Part shown: positions 26,657 through 35,400 of the stretch, in pieces
Numbering within the stretch: position 1 is the first letter of the stretch
Layout: every line of letters starts with the position of its first letter
From: Thermoplasmata archaeon
Lineage (GTDB): Archaea > Thermoplasmatota > Thermoplasmata > Lutacidiplasmatales > UBA184
NCBI GenBank assembly: GCA_035504595.1
Contig: DATJRQ010000008.1
Span: 28,065-92,064, forward strand
Length of the DNA stretch: 64,000 nucleotides
Direction: 5' to 3'
Program-made: the position numbers and the translations under genes
Notes under the pieces: generated by a model
Seen by the model: only the letters and a program-made list of their open reading frames with translations
Databases searched by the model: none
Told to the model about the DNA's origin: nothing

Positions 26657-27628
26657 ATGCTGATCGACTCGTTCGGGCGGGGTGTCACCGACGTGAGGGT
26701 CAGTGTGACCAAGCGTTGCAATTTCGGTTGCATCTACTGCCATGACGAAGGCCTGGGACCGGTCGCCGCGCCGCGGAGCCCCCATTCGGAGGAGATGAGT
26801 CCGGTCGAGGTCGAACGACTGGTCCGGGTCGCCCGGGAGTTCGGGATCCGTTCGGTGAAGTTTACGGGCGGCGAGCCGCTCGTCCGCGCGGACATGGAGG
26901 AGATCGTCCGCGACACGGTCCGGCACGTCGCGGACGTGTCGCTCACCACGAACGGCTCGATGCTCGCGCCGCGCGCGGAGGGCCTGCGCAACGCCGGTCT
27001 GAAGCGCGTGAACGTCTCGATCGACTCGCTCGACCCGAAGGCGTTCCACGAGATCCGTCGAGGCTCGCTGCCACCAGTCCTGCGGGGGATCGAACAGGCG
27101 CTCGACGTCGGACTGACGCCGGTGAAGCTGAACATGGTCGTGTTCCGCCCGACCCTCCCGCACATCCCCGAGATGATCCGGTTCGTGAGCCGCAACGCCG
27201 GCCTCCGACTGCAGTTGATCCAGTACATGCCCGAGCTCGTCGGCGCGAAGGACTGGTCCGTCGACATCGACAGCGTCAAGCGGTGGCTCGAGAGCCGCGC
27301 GGACCGGGTCCTGGTCCGGGAGATGCACCACCGCCGCATCTACCAGTTCGGAGGCGCCGAGGTCGAGCTCGTCGACCCGGTGTTCAACCGCGAGTTCTGC
27401 ATGAACTGCCACCGGATCCGGATCACGCACCAGGGCGAGCTCAAAGGATGCCTCAACCGCAACGATGACCTGATTGCGACCCGGGGCCTGGACGACCGCC
27501 AGCTGAGGGACGCGTTCCGATCCGTTGTCGCCCAGCGCGTGCCGTACTACGGGGGCTACGTCCGGGAGTACCCCGCGCGCGACGCCGCGGCGGCGCCGCT
27601 GATCTCGCTCGAGCGACCCGACGTCTAG
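26657..27628 (+). CDS. moaA: GTP 3',8-cyclase (molybdenum cofactor biosynthesis protein A)
   Basis: MLIDSFGRGVTDVRVSVTKRCNFGCIYCH (radical SAM CxxxCxxC) and the C-terminal CMNCHRIRIT cluster. The GTAAATT box ends 26 nt before this ATG. An alternative in-frame ATG lies at 26645. Confidence 0.92.
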   Translation: MLIDSFGRGVTDVRVSVTKRCNFGCIYCHDEGLGPVAAPRSPHSEEMSPVEVERLVRVAREFGIRSVKFTGGEPLVRADMEEIVRDTVRHVADVSLTTNGSMLAPRAEGLRNAGLKRVNVSIDSLDPKAFHEIRRGSLPPVLRGIEQALDVGLTPVKLNMVVFRPTLPHIPEMIRFVSRNAGLRLQLIQYMPELVGAKDWSVDIDSVKRWLESRADRVLVREMHHRRIYQFGGAEVELVDPVFNREFCMNCHRIRITHQGELKGCLNRNDDLIATRGLDDRQLRDAFRSVVAQRVPYYGGYVREYPARDAAAAPLISLERPDV

Positions 27629-28479
27629 GGTCGACCGTACTTCGTGGCGATCACCTGACCGAGGATCGCCACCGCGAGCTCCTCGGGGGTCTTCGCGCCG
27701 ATATCGAGCCCGATCGGCGCCCGCACGGACCGGCGGAACTCCTCGGACACGCCGAGCTGGGCCAGTCCGTCCAGGTCCTGCTGGACGCGATGACGGCTGG
27801 CGAGGAGACCGACGAACTTCACGGGGGTCCGAGCGAGCGTCGCGAGCACCTCGACGTCGCGTTCCCCTTTCGTGAGCACGATCGCGTAATCGTGCGAGGT
27901 GAGGCGGAGCGTCTCTGGCTCGACGCGCGACGATCGCACCAGCTCGTGAGGAGCCTCGGCGAGCACGGGGTTCGGGTCGACGACGACCACCTCGAAACCG
28001 AGACGGTTCCCCAGATGGACGAGCGCGCTCTCGAGGTCGTCCCGGCCCCCCTGTCCGACGATCACGAGACGCTCGGTCGGCACCATCGGCTCGATGTACA
28101 CCTCAAGGGTGCCGCCGCAATTCGTCTGCACCCAGATCTCGTTCGGGTCCGTTTCCCGGACCGTGCCCGCGACCGATTGGTCCGTGTCGACCAGATGGAT
28201 ACGGAGGACCCGCGGGGTGCCGGACGCCATCGCCGCGCGGGCGCTCTCGACGATCGGACCCTCGGGGCACCCTCCGCCGAGGGTGCCCGCGGCGATCTCC
28301 CCTCCGGAGGTAACCAGGATCTTGAACCCCGGCTTTGCGAGGGTCGAGCCCTCGGTGCGCGTGACCGTCGCGACCGCGAACGGCTCGCGACGGGCCACGA
28401 GAGCCGCGAGGTGCTTCGAGTAGTGCGCCGTGTGCACGGCGACGGCAGGCCCGACCGGGCTCTCTATGGTTTCGGGCAT
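27625..28479 (-). CDS. XdhC/CoxI family molybdoenzyme maturation protein
   Basis: FAVATVTRTEGSTLAKPG and LVIVGQGGRD..LGFEVVVVD..APIGLDIGAKTPEELAVAI. ATG at 28479 inside ORF 27625..28554. Confidence 0.88.
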   Translation of the reverse strand: MPETIESPVGPAVAVHTAHYSKHLAALVARREPFAVATVTRTEGSTLAKPGFKILVTSGGEIAAGTLGGGCPEGPIVESARAAMASGTPRVLRIHLVDTDQSVAGTVRETDPNEIWVQTNCGGTLEVYIEPMVPTERLVIVGQGGRDDLESALVHLGNRLGFEVVVVDPNPVLAEAPHELVRSSRVEPETLRLTSHDYAIVLTKGERDVEVLATLARTPVKFVGLLASRHRVQQDLDGLAQLGVSEEFRRSVRAPIGLDIGAKTPEELAVAILGQVIATKYGRP

Positions 28480-28611
28480 CCGCCGCGGTGGATCCGGCCG
28501 CGCGACCCACGGCCCCCCCGCGTCGGGGCCTCCGGACGGCTGCCGCCCAGCCAACCTTGATAACCCAACAGCGGCTGACCGTGCGATACCTGCTCACGGG
28601 GGAATCGAACG

Positions 28612-29487
28612 ATGTATCCGCCGAATTTTGAGTACTACGCGCCCACCACGCTCGACGAGGCGATCGGACTTCTGGACCAGCACCAGGGCGAGGCGAAGGT
28701 CCTTGCCGGCGGCCAAAGCCTGATCGGAATGATGAAGCTCCGGCTCGCGCAGCCGGGGGCCCTCGTCGACATCAATCGGATCCCGGGACTTTCGTACATT
28801 CGCGAGGACGATTCCGGGCTGCACATCGGAAGTCTCACCCGGACCGCCGAGCTCGGTCGGTCGGACCTCCTCAAGGCACGGTATTCTGTCCTCTGGGACG
28901 CCGGGCACGAGATCGCCGACCCGACGGTGCGCAACTGGGGTACGGTCGGGGGCAACGTGACCCATGGCGACCCGGGGAACGACCTGCCCGCGTGCATGCT
29001 CGCGCTGGACGCGGAGTTCCAGGCGAAGGGCCCGAAGGGCGCGCGTGCGATCCCCGCCCGGAAGTTCTACCAGGACTCGTTCGTGACCGCGCTCCAGCCG
29101 AACGAGGTGCTGACCGAGATCCGGGTCCCGAAGTCCGCGGCCGGTGCCGGGAGCGCCTACTCGAAGATGGAGCGGAAGGTCGGCGACTTCGCCACGGCGG
29201 CGGTTGCGGCCAGCATCGTGCTCGGAAAATCGGGGACGATCGACCGGATCGGGATCGGACTCACCAACGTCGGCCCGACCGCGATCTTCGCGGCCGCGGC
29301 GGGCGACTCGCTCCGCGGGAAGACCGGCAGCGCGGCCGAGCTGAAATCCGCGGCAGACCTCGCCGCGGACGCCTCCCTACCGGTGCCCGACAACCGCGGT
29401 CCGGTCGAGTTCAAGAAGGACATGGTCCGCGTCTGGACACGGCGCACGCTCGCGCACGCGATCGCCCGCGCCAAGGGAGGGTCGTAG
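28612..29487 (+). CDS. coxM: Aerobic CO dehydrogenase medium (FAD-binding) subunit
   Basis: FEYYAPTTLDEAIGLL....KVLAGGQSLIGMMKLRL is typical of FAD_binding_5/CO_deh_flav_C. First gene of the M-S-L order. Confidence 0.9.
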   Translation: MYPPNFEYYAPTTLDEAIGLLDQHQGEAKVLAGGQSLIGMMKLRLAQPGALVDINRIPGLSYIREDDSGLHIGSLTRTAELGRSDLLKARYSVLWDAGHEIADPTVRNWGTVGGNVTHGDPGNDLPACMLALDAEFQAKGPKGARAIPARKFYQDSFVTALQPNEVLTEIRVPKSAAGAGSAYSKMERKVGDFATAAVAASIVLGKSGTIDRIGIGLTNVGPTAIFAAAAGDSLRGKTGSAAELKSAADLAADASLPVPDNRGPVEFKKDMVRVWTRRTLAHAIARAKGGS

Positions 29488-29489
29488 CG

Positions 29490-30026
29490 ATGGCGGCGAT
29501 CGACGTCGAAGAGGCGACCGGCGCCGCTCCCTCGACGACCACGCGGACGGTCCACATCTCGGTGAACGGCGTCGCCCACCGCTCGACGATCCAGAACCGC
29601 ATGCTTCTCGTCTCCTACCTGCGGGAGCGGCTACGGCTCACGGGGACCCACATCGGGTGCGACACCGCCCACTGCGGTGCCTGCACGGTCCTGGTGGACG
29701 GAGTACCCGTGAAGTCGTGCAATTTCCTCGCGGTGCAGGCGGACGGGCGCAAGGTCCAAACGGTCGAGGGCCTCGAAGCCGGAGGAAAGCTCCACCCCGT
29801 CCAGGAAGGATTCCATCTCGAGCACGGACTGCAGTGCGGCTACTGCACGCCGGGGATGATGATGACGAGCGTGGCGCTGCTCGCCGGCAACCCGAATCCG
29901 ACCGAGGACGAGATCCGGCGGGGGATCTCGGGGAATCTCTGCCGCTGCACCGGCTACGTGAACATCGTGAAGGCGATCCAGCATGCGTCCGCGAAGATGC
30001 GGGAAGCCCCGAAGGGAGGGCCCTAG
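29490..30026 (+). CDS. coxS: Aerobic CO dehydrogenase small ([2Fe-2S]) subunit
   Basis: ATG at 29490 inside ORF 28992..30026. Cluster motifs GCDTAHCGACTV, CGYCTPGMMM and NLCRCTGY. Confidence 0.93.
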   Translation: MAAIDVEEATGAAPSTTTRTVHISVNGVAHRSTIQNRMLLVSYLRERLRLTGTHIGCDTAHCGACTVLVDGVPVKSCNFLAVQADGRKVQTVEGLEAGGKLHPVQEGFHLEHGLQCGYCTPGMMMTSVALLAGNPNPTEDEIRRGISGNLCRCTGYVNIVKAIQHASAKMREAPKGGP

Positions 30027-30028
30027 CG

Positions 30029-32368
30029 ATGGCGGAGGCGGTCCCCGGCGGGATGGGCCAATCGATCCCGCGGAAGGAAGACGCCCGCTTCATTCGAGGG
30101 AAGGGGAACTACGTCGACGACGTGGACCTCCCCGGCATGCTGTTCATGGACCTCGTCCGGAGCCCGTACGCCTACGCGAAGATCACGGCGCTCCGGAAGG
30201 AGAAGGCGCTCGCGGTTCCCGGCGTCCTGGCGGTGATCACGGGGGCCGACCTCACCGCGGCGAAGCTGGCGTGGATGCCGACCCTCATGTCCGACACTCA
30301 GATGGTGCTCCCGACGGATACGGTGATGTTCCAGGGCCAGGAGGTCGCGGCGGTCGTCGCGACGGACCGGTACGCCGCCGCGGACGGAGTGGCGGCGATC
30401 GAGGTCGATTACGAGCCGATGACCCCGGTGATCGACCCGTACAAGGCGCTCGAGCCCTCCGCGCCGGTGTTGCGTCCGGACAAGGGCAAGAAGGACAATC
30501 ACATCTGGCACTGGGAGGTCGGCGACAAGGCGGCGACCGACGCGGCCCTGAAGGCGTCGGACGTCGTGATCAAGGAGAAGATCTACATCCCCCGGATCCA
30601 CGTCTCGTCGATCGAGACCTGCGGCTGCGTCGCGAACGTCGACGTGATGGGCAAGCTGACGGTCTGGATGACGACCCAGGCTCCGCACGCGATCCGCACG
30701 GTCTTCGCGCTCGTGAGCGGACTCCCCGAGCAGAACATCCGGATCATCTCGCCCGACATCGGCGGGGGGTTCGGTGGCAAGGTGCCGGTCTATCCGGGGT
30801 ATGTCATCGCCGTCGTGGCGGCGCTCACCACGGGCAAGCCGGTCAAGTGGATCGAGGACCGAACGGGCAATCTCACCGCGGACTCGTTCGCCCGTGACTA
30901 CCACATCGAGGCGGAGATGGGCGCGACGAAGGACGGGAAGCTCACCGGCCTCCGCGTCAAGACCCTCGCCGACCACGGCTACACGGACGCGGCGGCGAAC
31001 CCGTCGAAGTTCCCCGCGGGACTGTTCCACGTGATCACCGGGTCGTACCCGTTCAAGGCCGCGTTCGTCGAGGTCGACGCCGCGTACACGAACAAGCCCC
31101 CCGGGGGGATCGCGTACCGGTGCTCCTTCCGCGTCACGGAAGCCGCGTACACCGTCGAGCGGATGGTCGAGAACATGGCGCATCAGCTGAAGATGGACCC
31201 CGCGGAGTTCCGGTTCAAGAACTTCATCCCGCCCGAGGCGTTCCCGTTCCCGTCGGCCCTCGGCTGGACCTACGACAGCGGAAACTACGCCGGCGCGCTG
31301 AAGAAAGCGATGGAGCTCATCGACTACGCCGGCCTCCGCAAGGAGCAGGCGGAGAAGCGCCAGAAGGGCGAGCTGATGGGGATCGGGATCTCGAGCTTCA
31401 CCGAGATCGTCGGCGCGGGGCCGTCGCAGCAGTTCGACATCCTGGGGATCAAGATGTTCGACTCCGCCGAGGTCCGCATCCATCCCACGGGGAAGGTCAT
31501 CGCACGGCTCGGCACGAAGTCCCAGGGTCAGGGGCACGAGACGACGTACGCCCAGATCCTCGCGGAAGAGCTCGGGATCCCCGCCGAGTTCATCAACATC
31601 GAGGAGGGCGACACGGACACCGCCCCGTATGGGCTGGGCACGTACGCGAGCCGGAGCACCCCCACTTCGGGCGCGGCCGCGGCGATGGCGGCGCGGAAGA
31701 TCCGGGAGAAGGCCGCGAAGATCGCGGCCCACCTCCTCGAGGTCGCTCCGGACGACATCGAGTGGAAGGACCACAAGTTCCAGGTGAAAGGGGTTCCCGG
31801 AAAGTCGAAGACGATGGCCGAGGTCGCGTTCGCGGCGTACACCAACCATCCGAAGGGGATGGAGGCCGGGCTCGAGGCGATCGACTACTACGACCCCCCC
31901 AACCTGACGTTCCCGTTCGGGAGCTACATCTGCGCCGTCGACGTGGACAAGGAGACCGGCCAGGTGAAGGTGCGGCGGTTCGTCGCGGTCGACGATTGCG
32001 GTGTGATCATCAACCCGACCATCGTCGACGGGCAGATCCACGGGGGCCTCACGATGGGCTTCGCCCCGGCAATGCTCGAGGAGATCCCGTACGACGCGGA
32101 CGGGAACAACCGGGCCGGCTCGTTCCTCGAATACCTCCTGCCCACCGCCGTGGAGACCCCAAAGTGGGAGACCGGCAAGACCGTCACGCCGTCCCCCCAC
32201 CACCCGTTCGGAGCGAAGGGGGTTGGCGAGTCCGCGACGGTCGGCGCCCCGGCGGCGATCGTCAACGCGGTGCTGGACGCCCTGGAGCCGTACGGGGTGA
32301 CGAACATCGACATCCCTCTCTCGCCCCACAAGATCTGGAAAGTGATCCACTCGAAGGACACGAAGTAG
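30029..32368 (+). CDS. coxL: Form I aerobic CO dehydrogenase large (Mo-Cu, molybdopterin) subunit
   Basis: ATG at 30029 inside ORF 29657..32368. The active-site loop GGIAYRCSFRVTE (AYRCSFR encoded at 31112-31132) is the form I signature. The aldehyde oxidase/xanthine dehydrogenase a/b hammerhead N-terminus is present. Confidence 0.9.
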   Translation: MAEAVPGGMGQSIPRKEDARFIRGKGNYVDDVDLPGMLFMDLVRSPYAYAKITALRKEKALAVPGVLAVITGADLTAAKLAWMPTLMSDTQMVLPTDTVMFQGQEVAAVVATDRYAAADGVAAIEVDYEPMTPVIDPYKALEPSAPVLRPDKGKKDNHIWHWEVGDKAATDAALKASDVVIKEKIYIPRIHVSSIETCGCVANVDVMGKLTVWMTTQAPHAIRTVFALVSGLPEQNIRIISPDIGGGFGGKVPVYPGYVIAVVAALTTGKPVKWIEDRTGNLTADSFARDYHIEAEMGATKDGKLTGLRVKTLADHGYTDAAANPSKFPAGLFHVITGSYPFKAAFVEVDAAYTNKPPGGIAYRCSFRVTEAAYTVERMVENMAHQLKMDPAEFRFKNFIPPEAFPFPSALGWTYDSGNYAGALKKAMELIDYAGLRKEQAEKRQKGELMGIGISSFTEIVGAGPSQQFDILGIKMFDSAEVRIHPTGKVIARLGTKSQGQGHETTYAQILAEELGIPAEFINIEEGDTDTAPYGLGTYASRSTPTSGAAAAMAARKIREKAAKIAAHLLEVAPDDIEWKDHKFQVKGVPGKSKTMAEVAFAAYTNHPKGMEAGLEAIDYYDPPNLTFPFGSYICAVDVDKETGQVKVRRFVAVDDCGVIINPTIVDGQIHGGLTMGFAPAMLEEIPYDADGNNRAGSFLEYLLPTAVETPKWETGKTVTPSPHHPFGAKGVGESATVGAPAAIVNAVLDALEPYGVTNIDIPLSPHKIWKVIHSKDTK

Positions 32369-32384
32369 GCCGCAGGGGCGCACC

Positions 32385-32828
32385 GTGCACATCGAGGGCG
32401 ATTTCCGGGTGAAAGCCCCGGCGGCACGGGTGTACGCGTTCTTCCTCGACCCGGTCGCGTTCACGAACTGCCTCGACGACCCGCACGAGTTCCACGCCGT
32501 GGACGCCGACCATTTCGAAGGCACGATCACGACCGGGGTCGCGTTCATCCGCGGCACGTTCCGCGTCCGCGGGGCCTACACCGGGCGGACGCCGAACTCC
32601 GAGGTGAAGGTGCACCTCCAGGGCGCCGGCATGGGCAGCGGCATCGACGGCGACCTCGTGCTGTCGATCGCCGAGGCGGCGGGGGAGACGACGTTGCACT
32701 GGCAGGGGGAGATCCGCCCCTCGGGCCCGGTCGCGACGATCGGCGAGCGGATGGTCAAGGGAACGATCGACAAGAAGGCCGCCGGGCTCTTCGAGAACGC
32801 CCGCAAGACGCTCGAGGGCGGCGCGTAG
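32385..32828 (+). CDS. coxG: CoxG-like SRPBCC protein
   Basis: The GTG start, size, position directly after coxL, and the pattern F.V.AP...V..FL.DP.....C fit CoxG. Confidence 0.8.
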   Translation: MHIEGDFRVKAPAARVYAFFLDPVAFTNCLDDPHEFHAVDADHFEGTITTGVAFIRGTFRVRGAYTGRTPNSEVKVHLQGAGMGSGIDGDLVLSIAEAAGETTLHWQGEIRPSGPVATIGERMVKGTIDKKAAGLFENARKTLEGGA

Positions 32829-32834
32829 GCGCTC

Positions 32835-34496
32835 TCACGCCGTTCGGACGAGGAACTTCGCGGGCGTCCTCGCGAACCGCCGCCGGCACGCGTCCGAACA
32901 GAAGTAGTACGTCGTGCCCTCGTGCGCGCGTCGCAGGGGCGAGGAGGTTTCGACCTCCATGTGACACACGGGGTCGATCGCCATCGCGGCCGGTACGGGG
33001 CTCGGCGCTTCGGCCGGGACGGCGGGGGCTGTACGGCGCACACGGGTGATCTCGGCCATCACGCTGAGCGCGATCTCCTCGGGGGTCGAGGCGGAGATGT
33101 CGACGCCGACCGGGTTCCGCACGGTCGCCAGCTGCGCTTCCGTCACCCCGTCCTCCCGGACCGCGGCGAACACGGAGGAGGCCCGCTTGCGGCTCGCCAC
33201 GAGGCCGATGAACGCCACCGGGCGGCGCGCGATCCGGCCGAGCGCCGCCTCGTCGTACTTCCCCATGCTCGCGACCACGGCGTAGCAGTCGGCGGTGAGG
33301 TGCGGAGCGAGACCCTCGAGCTCGGGAACGAAGACGTCCACCTCGGGGAGCTCGGTCGGCTCGACTCCCGGCGCCACGAGCACGACTCGGAACCCGAGCA
33401 GCGGACCGAGCGCGGCCAGGCTCGTCGCCACGGGCGAGTCGCCCGCGATCAGCAGGGTCGGTTTCGGCAGGTTCGGTTCGATGAAGATCTCCACGGTTCC
33501 TCCGCTCTGGCACGTCATCGCGCGATTTACGACCCCTTCCTCGGTGGACGTGCGGTCCGGGTCGGGGGTGACTCGAAGGAGCCGGGGCGAGCCTTCCGCC
33601 ATCGCCGCGCGCGCCTCGGTGACCAGTAGGTGCTCGGTGCACGCACCACCGACCCAGCCGACATGCGTCCCATCGAGCCGAACGATCGCCCGGTATCCCG
33701 GGCGCCCGGAAGTGGGACGGACCGCGCGCACCACGGTCGCGAGAGCGAACGGGACCCGTTCGGCCCGGAGCCGCTCGGCGAGGGCGGGAACGTCCGGAGG
33801 GCGGCGGAGACTTCGAGGAACCGGCCGCTCGCCGGGCGCCGCATGGAGGGCGAGGCGAGGCGCCGCCAACTCGAGGAGGACCCGCTCGAGCGGCACCGAC
33901 CGGGCGAGGCCGTCCTCCACCGCGCGCAGTTCGGACTCGGTGTCGACGTCGACCAGTACGGCGGGATCGTCCACCGGGACCTCGCGGATCTCGGTTGCGT
34001 GGTGGGGAAAGAGGGCGCGGCATCCGACGTCCCCGTCGACACGAGCGAGCTCGGGCGCCAGCTCGAGGTCGAACACGACCGGGTTGCCCAGCACGCCGCG
34101 ATAGGTAGGAATGAAGATCCGGCCGTCCCCCCGGCGAGCGCGTTCGGAGAGGCGGTGAAAGGTCTCGGCCGCGACGAACGGCTGGTCCGCCAGCACGACC
34201 ATCGCTCGACGGCTCGTGGGCCGTGCCGCGGCGAGGCCCGCCCGGAGCGACGAGGCCATCCCCCGCGCGTACTCGGCGTTCACCACCACCGTGACGCCGT
34301 CCAGTGGCACGGAGGAGCGGATCGCGTCGGCCTGATGACCGAGAACGACGACGATCTGGTCGACGCGCGCGGAACGGAGGCTCGCGAGGACCCGCTCGAG
34401 GAACCGCTTCCCTCCGACGGAGACCAACGCCTTCGGGCGACCCATCCGCCGTGATAGGCCCGCGGCCAGGACCACGGCCGTCGTGCCGTCGCCCAC
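32835..34496 (-). CDS. Three-domain fusion: MobA/MocA-like nucleotidyltransferase + XdhC/CoxF-type maturase + C-terminal TRASH/YHS metal-binding domain
   Basis: A GTG at 34496 gives the N-terminus VGDGTTAVVLAAGLSRRMGRPKAL (NTP_transf_3). The middle is FALATVVRAVRPTSGRPG ... LLIAGDSPVA..GFRVVLV..NPVGVDISASTPEEIALSV (XdhC). The end is DPVCHMEV....YYFCSDACRRRF (YHS/TRASH). It is one frame with no stops. ORF 32835..35144 extends further upstream, but that part lies antisense to a GNAT gene. Confidence 0.8.
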   Translation of the reverse strand: MGDGTTAVVLAAGLSRRMGRPKALVSVGGKRFLERVLASLRSARVDQIVVVLGHQADAIRSSVPLDGVTVVVNAEYARGMASSLRAGLAAARPTSRRAMVVLADQPFVAAETFHRLSERARRGDGRIFIPTYRGVLGNPVVFDLELAPELARVDGDVGCRALFPHHATEIREVPVDDPAVLVDVDTESELRAVEDGLARSVPLERVLLELAAPRLALHAAPGERPVPRSLRRPPDVPALAERLRAERVPFALATVVRAVRPTSGRPGYRAIVRLDGTHVGWVGGACTEHLLVTEARAAMAEGSPRLLRVTPDPDRTSTEEGVVNRAMTCQSGGTVEIFIEPNLPKPTLLIAGDSPVATSLAALGPLLGFRVVLVAPGVEPTELPEVDVFVPELEGLAPHLTADCYAVVASMGKYDEAALGRIARRPVAFIGLVASRKRASSVFAAVREDGVTEAQLATVRNPVGVDISASTPEEIALSVMAEITRVRRTAPAVPAEAPSPVPAAMAIDPVCHMEVETSSPLRRAHEGTTYYFCSDACRRRFARTPAKFLVRTA

Positions 34497-34688
34497 CGGC
34501 GGCCCGGGTCGTGTGGCGTGCCTTCGAGCGGCCACGGTGCGAGGACCGGTCCGGTCGGTGTAAGCGTTGCGCCAAGCCCCCGGCCGAGCTTCGCGGTCGG
34601 CCGAGCGCTCGATGTCCACCGGGTCGAGGAGGCGACTGGACGGATTTCCAGAATTCGGGTTGTGGGGCTCTTGTACCACCGGCGAGTG

Positions 34689-35345
34689 ATGGTCCCGAGA
34701 CCGATGACCTCCCCAGCTTCGAGAACGAGAGCGCGGAGGGCCTTCCGACGGTCGACGGACCTTCGGGTCCGACCGGCCACCCTCGCGGACGAGGACCTGC
34801 TGGTACGTCACCGACAGGGCATGTGGACGGATATCGGGATCTTCACCGCGGCGGACATCTCGGCCGCGGCCCCGGCCTACCGCCGGTGGATGACGCGCGA
34901 GCGCCGCGCTCGGCGCTTCTACGGCTTCCTGGCGGAGTCGCCCGAGGGAACCGTGGTCGGCAGCGGGGCGGTATGGCTTCAACCCGTCCAGCCACGACCG
35001 GGCGCGCTCTCCGGGACCGAGGCGCCCTACATCATGTCGATGTACACCGAGCCGGCGTTCCGCGGTCGCGGGGTCGCGACCCAACTGGTGGGGTCGATGA
35101 TCGAATGGTCCCGGCGACGGAGATACGCCCGGATCACGCTGCATGCCTCCGCCCAGGGTCGGCCCGTTTACCTTCGGGTCGGGTTCGAAGCGTCGAACGA
35201 GATGCGGTACAATCTTCGGCCGATCGCCCGGCGCCGGAAGGGATCGAAGCGACTCCGTCCGACGCGACGCTCGTCCTCACGTCGGTCCGGGTCCGCCGGC
35301 GAAGGGACGCGATTGACGGTCGGCGAGGACCCGACGTCGCGATAG
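34689..35345 (+). CDS. GNAT family N-acetyltransferase with a basic C-terminal tail
   Basis: Internal ATG of ORF 34518..35345. Acetyl-CoA motif YTEPAFRGRGVATQLV. The start could also be the ATG at 34704. Confidence 0.8.
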   Translation: MVPRPMTSPASRTRARRAFRRSTDLRVRPATLADEDLLVRHRQGMWTDIGIFTAADISAAAPAYRRWMTRERRARRFYGFLAESPEGTVVGSGAVWLQPVQPRPGALSGTEAPYIMSMYTEPAFRGRGVATQLVGSMIEWSRRRRYARITLHASAQGRPVYLRVGFEASNEMRYNLRPIARRRKGSKRLRPTRRSSSRRSGSAGEGTRLTVGEDPTSR

Positions 35346-35400
35346 TTTATTCCGCACCGAGGATTCGGCCCTCGCCACGGCAGGGGTCCCGAGCGAGCGC

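Noticed and set aside
34497-35144. Upstream extension of the MocA-XdhC-TRASH ORF to 35144 (769 aa).
   Set aside because: The extension is low-complexity and lies antisense to a well-supported GNAT gene (34689..35345). GTG 34496 gives a canonical nucleotidyltransferase N-terminus.
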